DNA of 64,000 nucleotides from Malacoraja senta (Eukaryota). The DNA lies in NCBI GenBank assembly GCA_038087875.1, contig CM075997.1:620001-684000 (forward strand). Direction: 5' to 3'. This document shows positions 1 through 12,100 of the stretch, piece after piece. The translations under genes and the position numbers were made by a program. Below the pieces are notes generated by a model, which saw only the letters and a program-made list of their open reading frames with translations, ran no database searches and was not told the DNA's origin. Numbering within the stretch: position 1 is the stretch's first letter; every line of letters starts with the position of its first letter.

Positions 1-27
1 TCAGGGGTGGAGGTGGAGGTGGAGGGC

Positions 28-83
28 GGCAGGAGGCAGGAGGCAGGAGGCAGGAGGCAGGAGGCAGGAGGCAGGAGGCAGGA
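28..83. repeat. (GGCAGGA)n heptamer repeat upstream of the NAPA ATG
   Basis: About 8 perfect units. Confidence 0.9.
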
Positions 84-165
84 AGTGACGAAGTGAGGGA
101 GGGGGGCGAGGGGAGGGAAGTGACGCAGCGCTGGGAGAGAGGGAGGGGGGCGAGCAGGGTCAGAC

Positions 166-3100
166 ATGGACAACTCAGCGAAGGAGCGGGAGGCGCTGGG
201 CCTGGTGGCCGAGGCGGAGCGGCGCGTCCGCGGGACGAAGTCCTTCATCGCCGCCATTTTCGGGTGAGAGGAGGCGGTGGCGACGACTTCGGAGGGGGAG
301 GGGGAGGGGGAGGGGGAGGGGGATTGACGACCGACCGCCTGCCCTCCTTGTTGTGGGTGCCCCTCTCCCCCTTGTTGTGGGTGCCTCTCCCCCCCCTTGT
401 TGTGGGTGCCCCCCCTTGTTGTGGGTGACCCCCCCTTGTTGTGGGTGCCCCCCCCTTGTTGTGGGTGCCCCTCCCCCCCTTGCTGTGGGTGCCCCCTCCC
501 CTTGTTGTGGGTGCCCCCTCCCCTTGTTGTGGGTGCCCCTCCCCCCTTGTTGTGGGTGCCCTCCCCCCCCTTGTGGGTGCCCCTCCCCCCTTGTGGGTGC
601 CCACCCCCACCTTGTGGGTGCCCACCTCCTTGTTGTGGGTGCCCACCCCCCTTGTTGTGGGACCCCTCCCCTTGTTGTGGGTGCCCACCCCTTGTTGTGG
701 GTGCCCCCTCCCCTTGTTGTGGGTGACCCCCCCTTGTTGTGGGTGCCCCCCCCTTGTTGTGGGTGCCCCTCCCCCCCTTGCTGTGGGTGCCCCCTCCCCT
801 TGTTGTGGGTGCCCCCTCCCCTTGTTGTGGGTGCCCCTCCCCCCCCCCCTTGTTGTGGGTGCCCTCCCCCCCTTGTGGGTGCCCCTCCCCCCTTGTGGGT
901 GCCCCCTCCCCACGTTGTGGGTGCCCCCTCCCCTTGTTGTGGGCCCCCTCCCCTTGTTGTGGGTGCCCCCTCCCCTTGTTGTGGGACCCCTCCCCTTGTT
1001 GTGGGCCCCCTCCCCTTGTTGTGGGTGCCCCCTCCCCTTGTTGTGGGACCCCTCCCCTTGTTGTGGGACCCCTCCCCTTGTTGTGGGTGCCCCCTCCTTG
1101 CTGTGGGTGCCGGGCTCCGGGCGGGCCACAGCTGGTCAATGAACCCGGACCGATGGGGTGGGGCAGTGGTGTGGGGTGGTACAAGACAGGGACATCATGG
1201 TGCTGATGTGGGTGAATGTTGCTCTCAGTAGCATCGGGTGGGGGAGGGGGAGGGGGAGGGGGGTGCGAGTAGTCATTAGTGACATCATGGTGCTGATGTG
1301 GGTGAATGTTGCTCTCAGTAGCATCGGGTGGGGGAGGGGAGGGGGAGGGGGTGCGAGTAGTCATTAGTTTACATTCCTGATGAAGGAGGGGGGAGGGGAG
1401 GGGTGGTGAAGTGTTGTTGATGTGCGTGTGTTGTGTAGAAGGAACTGCAGATGCTGGTTTACACCAAGATAGGCGCCACAAATGCTGAAGTAATTCAGCG
1501 GGTCAGGCAGCAAGAAGTCTGTAGAAGGGTTTTAATCAGATTGTTGTAACATATGGTTGAAATCTTTTATTTCCAGTGAAGATTTAATCACATCAGTGTG
1601 TAGAAGCTAAAATGCCTTGTGTACTTCAGACTTAATTTTGTGAAATTAAACATTACTTTCTCCCAAGGGTCTCTCTATTTACTGAATTGCTCGTGAACAT
1701 GATCAAGTCTATCACGGTTCTTTGTAGAAAATACATCGCAGTCAATTTCTGTTATTCCTTTTCCATAATCATGTATCATGTTTTGTCTATCCAATTTCTT
1801 TTGATAACCCTTTTTTTTTTCCTTTGCCCCCCCACCCATGTTATTTTCCAGCTTGTAACCTGTCCATGTACTTATTTTTATAAGAAAACCAATTTCCTCT
1901 CCTATGTGGGAGGACTGCAGATGCTGGTTTAAACTGAAGATAGACACAAAAAGCGGGAGTAACTCAGTGGGTCAGACAGCATCTTCTCCTTATCTTTTGC
2001 TGATCACTGAATATAACCTCGTGGTGCCCGAGTCATTCACTGATGGGACCAACATTGGCACTGTTGGTGATATGGTTGCATTAAGTCACCAGAGTTCCTT
2101 TCAGCAGTATCTAAACCATGATGTATCGGTCCACAGACTATCTTCGCTCAAAGCGAACAAACCCCAGTATTTCCATTCCAACATTCATCATCCATGCAAC
2201 CATTACAGCCTGAAGAAGGGTCTCGACCTAAAATGTCATCTATTCCTTCGCTCCATAGATGCTGCCTCACCCGCTGACTTTCTCCAGCATTTTTATCTAC
2301 CAACCATTACAGTAAATCTTTTATGCACTCAAAGACCCAGAAAACCTCCTGGTGTGGTGACCAGCTTTACTAGCTGTCTTTCAACTTCTATCCTGACCCC
2401 TGGTGCTATCAATGTGAAGTTTACATGTTCTTCTTGCGATCACAGGAGATTCCCCCGAGTGTCTGGTTACCTCCCACGTGCCAAAGAGATGGAGGTTGGT
2501 AGGTTACTTGGCCACTAAACTGCCCCGTGAAGTGTAGATAGTTGGTTTGGGCTGCGTCTACAATTTCTTGCGGTCGTGGATGGAGCTGTTTTCAGGCCAT
2601 GCTGTGATGCATCCCGCTAAAATGTTTCTACGGCACATCTGTAGAAGTTGGTGAGAGTTGTTGGGACATGCCGAACTTCCTAAGTCTTCTAAGGAAGTAG
2701 GGGCATTGGTGTGCTTTCTTGACTGTTGCTTGATGTGACTAGTCCAGGATAAGTTGCTGGTGATATTTACTCCTAGCAACTTGAAGCTCTCAACCATTTT
2801 ACTTTGGTGCCTTCAGGTATGTGTATCACCTTGCTTCCTAAAGTCGGATCACTCCTTTGTGTAGGAAGGAACTGCAGATGCTGGTTATACCGAAGATAGA
2901 CACAAATAGCTGGAGAACCTCAGCGGGTTCAACAGCATCTTTGGAGAAAAGGAATAGGTCCCGATCTCTTTTGTCTTGCTGACATTGTGAGAAAGGTGGT
3001 TGTCTTGACACTAGGTTATGAGGTTCTCAATCTCCTTCCTGTACTCAGTCTTCCCTTTATTTGATATCGGGCCCACTACAGTAATGATTTGTAAATTGAG

Positions 3101-6100
3101 TTGGATTTATGATGGGCTGCCCAGTCGTGAGTGTATTAGGAGTAAAGGGGGCTGCGAACACATCCTTGCGGAGCACTGGTGTTGTGGATTGCAAGAGGCG
3201 GGGCGGTCATTTAAAGCTGAGGTATGTGGTGAATCCTTGCAATTCTCCATAGCAAACGTAAAACCATTTGTACTGAGCCATTGGGCAGTAACCCCCTACT
3301 CATGGGCTCCTCTAATGAACTGTTGGTGCCAGGTCTGAAATATCTCAATCATTTCCTGTTTTTCTCAAAACCTATCCCTTTTAGCAGGCTTTTTTGGCAT
3401 TTGTTCTAATCTGTTGCTCAATGTTTAAGTATTACTGCCACAAAAGGGTGGCATATGATTCTTAGAACAGCACATTTTCTTCAAGCATTTTGTAGTTCTG
3501 AGTAAAATGCTTTGTGGTGCCTTGCTATAAATTGTTCTATATAAATACATGATATTGAGGTTAGGAATCAATCCATCCTTTACTTTCCTATTTGACTGGT
3601 GTGGTAATGTTCATTGTAATCTCAACCAAACATTAATTTTCTCTTCCTTGATTGATTGAAAGATACAGCCTAGAACAAGCCTTCGACCCACCAAGTTCAC
3701 ACCGACCATCGATCAGCTGTTCTTGTTATTTCTGCTATCCCATTTTCTCATCCATTCCCTACATGGTAGGGGGAAATTTTAGCAGCCATTAACTGAGAAA
3801 CCCATGTGGTCACAGGGAGACATGCAAACTCCACACAGATAGTAGCTGAGATCACGATTGAACTCTGGCCTCTGGTGCTGTAAGTCAGCAGCTCTACTAG
3901 ATGTGCCACTCTGCTGTCCCATGCCTCTGTGGGAACCACGCTCCAAAGATATACAGGTTTGTAGGTGATTAGCTTGGTATAATTGTAAATTGTCCCTAGT
4001 GTGTATAGGATAGTATTAGTGTGCGGGGATCATTGGTCCGGCGCGGATTCGGGGTGGGCCGAAGGACCTGTTTCCACACTACCTCTAAAGTAAACTAGAG
4101 TCATACAGCATGGAAATGGGTTCTTTGGTCCAACTTGCCCATGCTGACCAAGATACCCCATCTACACTAGTCCCACCTGCCTGCGTTTGGCCAATATCCA
4201 CTGTTCTGTATATACGCCACATTGTAGAGCCAAAATCTCCCTTCGGATCTTTGTGTTAATTCAAAGTATTTCACTAACAAAGTACTTGACGTATAGCCAC
4301 TGTTGGAATGTAGGCCCCCCTCGGTCATGACTGACCATGGGTGATGCATCCTGGTCGGATGCAAGCCTGGGCGATGTCATATGGAAGACAGGCTGTTGCC
4401 CATGCAGCACGTCCCCCCTCTCCATGTCGCTGATCGATCCAAAGGAACAGCAGGGCCGTTACAGTTTGGCACCAGCGCCGTCGCAAGAGCTGCCAGAGCG
4501 AGGTTGCAGACAACGACGAACTGCTTAGGGGCTCCGACTCCGTTTACTCCTGGAGCCTTTTCCATGACTGGATATGGCCACAGGCAGTGGAGGTTTTAAA
4601 TCAGAGTTTTCCCTCTCCTAGATGGACAGCCTTCCCAGGCTGACGAGCCCCATCTGCCCGAGACTCGTGGGGGCGGGAGCGTCTACTTCCCATGCAGGTC
4701 TTTAGCACCTGTCCACTGCCCAGGATTAGTGGCCCTTAAAAGAGCCGTTTGTTCTTGTGGAGAGGTGGTGTTTAGGCGCGCTCCCCGCGGATGTGGCGGG
4801 CCAGCTGGATGTCTTTGGGCATGATGGTGACTCGCTTGGCGTGGGTTGCGCACAGGGTTGGTGTCCTCAAGAGCCCCACCAGGTAAGCCTCGCTGGCCTC
4901 CTGCTGGGCCATGACGGCCGAGCTCTGGAAGCGCAGGTCTGTCTTGAAGTCCTGAGCGATCTCACACACCAGGCGATGGAAGGGTGGTTTGCGATGAGTA
5001 GCTCGGTGGATTTCTGGTAGCGCTGGATCTCCCTGAGAGCCATGTTGCCGGGCCGGTAGCGATGAGGCTTCTTCACTCCACCGTGGCTGGAGAGCTCTTC
5101 CGCGCCGCTTTGGAATGTAGTACATAATAAAAATGATGCACAGCTGTGTGTTTTGCACAGTAGTCCGAATGTGGCTGATGTTCTACTTTGAAGTTGCAAA
5201 GGAATAGAGAATGGCAAGAACGCCAGAGATCTCTTGCCCTCTGGAATGAAGTATCTAAAGTTTTTAACATCCATTGAAGTAAAAACTTTGTGACAAGTCT
5301 CCATAAATTCCTAACGGTTATTAACAGAACCAGAGTTTATAAACTCTGTTGTTGTTAATATATGATCCAAACCATGTTGCTCATTCACAATCGTGTAGGA
5401 TAGAACTGCAAATGCTGGTTTAATCCGAAGATAGACACAAAAGGCTGGGTAACTCGGGTGCCCCGCTGAGTTATGCCAGATTATCCTCAGTCTTTGCTTT
5501 CTTAATGTAGGATCTAGAACCCTTTTCTCATCTTGATTTTGATCTTTCATTTGTTTAGAGGGTCTTCAAACTGGAAGAAGCATGTGAATTGTACGCCAGG
5601 GCTGCTAACATGTTCAAAATGGCAAAGAACTGGAGTGGTGAGTGCGGATACTAAATACTCCTTTCATAATTGTTCTGATCAGTGTCTCTAACAATGAACA
5701 AATAACACGCGTATTGCCTGAATTGAGTTTGCAGAAATAGATCATGTTTGGAACAGGCATGCCTTGCCAATTGTGCGTTTGCCCGTGTTTCACGAGCTTT
5801 TACTGTTATGTGAACCAGAACAATGATATTTAGACTTTAGAGATACAGAGCCTAGGAATACTTCAGCCCACCGGGTCCACACCGACCAGCGATCACCATG
5901 TACACTATCCTACACACACTGGGGACAATCTTACAACTTACTGACACTAATTAACCTACAAACCTCTATGTCTTTGGAGAAACTGGAGCACTTGGAGAAA
6001 ACCCACGTGGTCACAGGGAGAACGTACAAACTCCGTACAGGCAGCTCCTGTAGTCGGGATGGAACCAGGTCTCTGGTCCTGTAAGCAGCACCTCCACTGC

Positions 6101-9100
6101 CACCCCAAATAAATTCTTATTTGCTGCAGCTTTACAGTCCAATCCACCCCCCCACAACCTCCAGCCTTCCAGAGACAACAATCCAAGTCTGTCCAACCTC
6201 TCCTGTAGATAACACCCCGTCAGACTGAAGAAGGGTCTCGACCCGAATGTCGCCCATTCCTTCTCTCCAGAGATGTTGCCTCACCCGCTGAATTACTCCA
6301 GCACTTTGTGTCCTACCTTTGATTTATGCCAGCATCTGCAGTTCTTTCTAACACCCGGTAATCATCTATAAAGGGGCCTCGTTCTGGTACACCTCCTCTG
6401 CCCTCTTTCGAAGTCTTCCATACCCTTCCTGTAGTGGGTGGCCAGAACTGCATGCAATACTTCAAATGTGGCCGAGCCAAACTCCTATAAAGCTGCAAAA
6501 TGGCAAAAATCTTTTTTTGCATTGTCTGTGTCGGCTGCCACTTCCACTTACACGGTTCCCTCACCTGAAAGAACAATTAAGTGAACACACAAAAATGCTG
6601 GAAGAACTCGACTAATACTGTCTTGACCCGAAAAGCCAATTAACCTTTTGCCTTCCTAGAACTCCCGCTGTTTTTTCGGCATCCCTTTGTTTGTTAAAAA
6701 TTCTGTCATCTGCGGTTCCGTGACCTGCTGGTTTTCAACTGAGTAACAAGGCAACCTTTTACAACATGGCTCAAATTGAGAGCTTTATCAAGGCACCCGC
6801 ATGACTGCCTCTGTATTTGAATTCTACTGGTGCCTCTCTGCAGGCTGGCTATTTTTTTTTTTGTTCTATGGGGAAGGCAGATGGTGTGAAACTCAGTTGA
6901 CAGCCACATTAATCTAGTGCTGTTTCAGACGGCTTTGAGAAATAATCTGGTTAACACGGCCTGCTCATTTAATCTGTCCTGTTTTGCGTGCGTGTGTGTG
7001 TGTGTACGTGCTGCATTTGTAATTGTTCTTATTCTGCTGATACCCGCTCGTGATGCTTGTCTTCAGCCGCAGGCAATGCCTTTTGTGAGGCGGCTAAACT
7101 CCATCTGCACTTGCAGAGCAAGCATGACGCGGCGACAAACTTTGTGGATGCAGGAAATGCCTTCAAGAAAGCCGATCCTCAGGTAACTTTCCTCCATTTT
7201 TAATTGCAAGTATTTGACAGAATGCCAAGCAAGACAAATTCTCAATGCTTAAAATTGACCGTTTTCCTGAAATATCTTTCATAGCTTGTATTTACGATGC
7301 ACTGTGGAATCAATATCAATTTACAAACTTTAGAGATACAGCGCGGAAAAGGGCCCACCGAGTCCGTTGCCAACCAGCGATCGCCCCTTACACTAACACT
7401 TCATTACACACCAGGGGGACAGTTTACAATTTTACTAAAGCCAATTGTTCTTGGGAATGCAATTATACCACAGTTTTAAAATATCTTTTAATGAGGATGC
7501 TTATTTTTACAGACCAATAGATTCCTAACTACTATTTAGTTAAGACATGCACCAGAGGCATATTATGAGGAAACGAGGGGCTGATTACAATTGGCAAATT
7601 GCAACGGTGAATAAAGATCGCTTAATTGGGTTATGAATTTTTTAACTGATGTTAAATCTGTTTTCTCCTCTAGAGGCCATTAATTGTTTGAACAGGGCTA
7701 TAGAGATTTATACAGACATGGTAAGCAACTGTTGTCGAGTAAACATCAAATGCATTGCTTGCATGTTTGAACTTGCTTTCATTGTCCAGTGGTTTGCAAT
7801 TAGTCCAAAGTCCAAATCTAAGTTCTGATTAATGTATCGATATCCCATTTCCGGGGTCCCAATCTGAATGGAGTTCTTATCCTGAGACACTGCCCTGTGT
7901 TGTAGTTTCTTAGTTTTAGAGATACAGCGCGGAAACAGGCACTTCGGCCCACCGTGTCCGCACTGACCAGCGATCCCTGCACACACTAGGAATAATTTTA
8001 CATTTATACTATGCCAATTAACCAACAACTTGTACGTCTATGGAGTGTGGGAGGTAACTGAAGATCCCTGAGAATACCCATGCAGAAAAGGTGCAAACTG
8101 TATACAGACAGCACCCGTAGTCAGGATCGAACCTGGGTCTCTGCACTGTGAGGCAACAACTCCACGGCCCCACCGCTGTGGTTGTGTACTTTCCAGTAAA
8201 GAAAGTGCCTCAACGTTTACCCTGTCAAACTCTTTAAATGTTCTTTCTGTGAGATCACTCCGAAGGCAGATATGTCTGTTAGCTTTTTCAACAGGGGATT
8301 TCTGCAGTCCCACGTTTTGGATATTCGTTCTGTTCTGATATCCTGAGACTAGATGTTATTGCATCCCTGTTTTCCCCATAGTGCTGACTTGTGTGCGTTT
8401 GCGTTTAGGGCCGGTTTACAATTGCGGCAAGCATCACATATCGATAGCAGAGATCTACGAGAGCGAGCTGGTGGATATTGAGAAAGTAAGTATCCGAGAC
8501 ACTCTAAAACTATGCAGATGCACACAGAAAACATAGTAGACACAAAATGCTGGAGTAACTCGGCGGGACAGGCAGCATCTCTGGAGAGAAGGAATGGGTG
8601 ATGTTTCGGGTCGAGACCCTTCTTGACACATGGAAAACATTCTGTCGGCTTGCATCACAACTTGGTTTGGGTACAGCTCTGCCCACAACTGTAAGAAGCT
8701 ACAGTTATGGATGTCTTCAGACTATCACAGAGACTGAACTCTCCACCATTGACTCCAGCTACATTTTACTGTGCCTTAAGGCTGTTAGTTGTGAAATTAG
8801 TTTCAAAAATGTTTGTTTTTAATAATTTATTTATAATTTCAAACTGCTCCAGTCTTCCCTGTGAAATATCTCGTGTTATGGGGGAAAATTCTTAATGGGC
8901 AATGTGTCTGTTCCAACCAAATGTACTCATTGACATGCTTTTATTTTTCAGGCAATCGCACATTATGAGCAGGCAGCAGATTATTACAAGGGTGAAGAAT
9001 CCAACAGGTTAGTGACACAATCTCTTTATTTTAATGTAAGTGGTTTAAAATTTATGATCTGGGCACTTGTATATTCTCTGGTGTTCCTCACTGTCTGTTT

Positions 9101-12100
9101 GTGACTGCAGTTTGTAAGTATAAGCATTCGGGTTCAGTTACCTCTGCTCAGTCCGTCTTCACCTACCTGATCTCCGGTGGCCCCAGCACTTCAACTCTCC
9201 CTCCCATTCCCAATCTGACCTTCTGTCCTGGGCCTCCTCCATTGTCAGAGTGAGGCCCAGCGCAAATTGGAGGAACAGCACTTCATATTTCACTTGGGCA
9301 GTTTGCACCCAGTGGTATGAACATTGACTTCTCTAACTTCCGATAGCCTTGCTTTCTCTCTCCATCCCCTCCCCTTCCCAGTTTCCCACTAGTCTTACTG
9401 TCTCCGACTACATTCTACCTTTGTCCTGCCCCCTCCCCTGACATCAGTCTGAAGAGGATCTCGACCCGAAACGTCGCCCATTCCTTCTCTCCAGAGATGC
9501 TGCTTGTCCTGCTGAGTTACTCCAGCATTTTGAGTCTATATTCAGTTACACTTTCTATTTTTGCAATTTATTGTTTATTGAAATGTTTATATTGTAACTG
9601 ACCCAAAGATCAAAGCGTGCACAGATTTTTAGAAACATTCTATATATGGTTCATATGATTATTATAAAGGTTCAGATGTTCCGTAGAATGTTCAAGAGTG
9701 TATTAAAGCCTATGGATTCATTTATAGACATACAGCCTGGAAACAGGCCCTTCGGCCAACTTGCCCAAACCAGCCAACATGTCCCATCTACACTAGTCCT
9801 ACCTGCTGCTTTTGGTCCCTCTCCCTATAACCTATCTTATCCATGTACCTGTCTAAATGTTTCTGAAATGTTACGATAGTATCTGCCTCAACTACCTCCT
9901 CTGCGCAGCTTGTTCCATAATCTGCCACCCTTTGCGTTTATATATAAAAAAATAAAAAACCACTCTCAGATCCCTGGTGTTCTCACTGTCTGTCTGGTTT
10001 CCCCCCTCAAGTTAGACCTATGTTCGCTTGTTCTTGATTTCCTCCTACACTGGGCAAGAGACTCTGTCTACACGATCTTTTCCTCCTGCACTCCAAGGAA
10101 TAGCTCAGGCCCTCGAGTCCTGGCAACATCCTCGTAAATATTTTGAATTTATGTCCACTGCTTTATTCCTAAGGAATTCCTTTTGCTCTTTAGTTCTGCG
10201 AATAAGTGTCTACTGAAAGTCGCCACATACGCTGCACAGCTGGAACAATATTTCAAAGCCATTGAAATATATGAACAGGTAAGTGTTTGTTTTCGCGTGG
10301 GGGTATTGCCTCCCAGCTGTTCATCCTTTAGCTGAGGATCCTGAAGCTCATCCTTCAACTGAACTCAATAGACAATAGGTGCAGAGTAGGCCATTCGGCC
10401 CTTCGATCATGGCTGATCATCCCCTATCAGTACCCCGTTCCTGCCTTCTCCCCATATCCCTGACTCCGCTATTTTTAAGAGCTCCATCTATCTCTCTCTT
10501 GAAAGCATCCAGAGAACCTGCCTCCACCCATTCCTTCTCTCCAGAGATGCTGCCTGTCCTGCTGAGTTACTCCAGCATTTTGTGTCTACCTTCATAAGGA
10601 TTTAATTGTTCTGTCTGGGACATTTAACAATAAAACGTTCTTGACACATGACTATTTCCATATATCCACCCCTCTTTGACCAGTGCACTTAACAATTATT
10701 CCAACCGTACTGTGCCGTTTCCAAGACTTGATCATATCACTGTGGCTCCAGAGCTCATATTGCGTGAAGTCAAAGCTCCTTTACATAAAGGATATTGGTG
10801 AGCCAGATGTTTAAGAAAGAACTGCAGATGCTGGAAAAATCGACGGTAGTCAAAAATGCTGGAGAAACTCAGCGGGTGAGGCAGCATCTATGGAGGGTAG
10901 GAATAGGTAAAGTTTCGGGGAAGACCCGAAGGTCACCCGCTGGGTTTCGCCAGCATTTATGTCTACCTTCAGATGTTTAAGATTAGTAGCTTCAGTCACC
11001 ATGCTGAAGCCAACTGTTTGACCTAGATACAATAGTTAGTCCAGCCTGTTTTACTGTCCTAGCAATATTGTGCTGTATCTCGTAGCTGAATAGTTTGAGT
11101 TACAATGTAGATGCCAGGAACTGCAGATGCTGGTGACAAAAAAGGACAAAGTGCTGGGAGAACGGCAGGTCGGGCAGCATCTCAGAAATGAAGAGCAGGA
11201 AACTGTAGGAATCGGGGAGCAGTGAGAAGGTCCTGCAGGACTCCCGTCAGAGAGGACAAACCAGTAGCAATCTGATGCTGAATTACTCTAGCATTTTGTC
11301 CTGATTGACTTAATTTGTTTCCTCAAGTAGTAGTTAGTGTTCCATTGGTGTCCTTGCAATTCCAACCTCTCCCCCCCAAACCCTGTATCACATGCTTTAT
11401 TGCTTTTAATTATATTGTTGACTAGGCAGCCATCGAGGTGCTTTAAACAGTTTGTTGTTAATACACAAACAGTTCTGACCAATATAGGTCAGCCGGCTTG
11501 GCTAAAATGAATCTAGACTGATTTAAAAAAAAATGTTTTTAAGTTGTACATTCTGGTGAAGGGTCGGGGTGCAAGGATACTTTCCTACCCCTTCCCCATC
11601 CTTTTATGGCCATTAACTAGGTTGAAGTTGATGTCTCAATTGCCAGAATCCATAGGATATCCTAAATTACCTACAGTCACCAGCTTGTTGCAGTCTGGCT
11701 TTGACTGTGCAAAGATTGCCACGTCTGCTGGTCTTTACCTCCTGTCCTTCGTTTTGCACTCCATGTACATTCATGGCTTGATACTTAAGGTGAATTTGTA
11801 CTTGTCTGCGCCACAGGTAGGCACAACAGCCATGGACAGCCCACTACTCAAGTACAGTGCGAAAGAATACTTCTCAAAGCTGCTCTCTGCCATTTCTGTG
11901 TCGATGTGTTAAATGCTAAGGTACGTGAGTGTTGAAGTCCCTCTGTTTGGACAGCAGTGCAGTTATGGAACTGCTCCTGTGGCTCCACTGCAACCCTTGG
12001 GTTCAATCCTAACCTCTGCTCTGTTGTGGAGTTTGTACATTCTCTCTGTGTCAGTGCTCCAGTTTCCTCCCCACTTGCCCGAGGGACACAAGTCAGCTAC

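Noticed and set aside
245..1231. Long Pro/Gly/Cys-rich ORFs (up to 294 aa) in several frames
   Set aside because: They are translations of a stop-poor minisatellite in NAPA intron 1.
1191..1385. C/D-box snoRNA in the duplicated 90-mer
   Set aside because: No canonical box C (RTGATGA) with a terminal stem; treated as a simple duplication.
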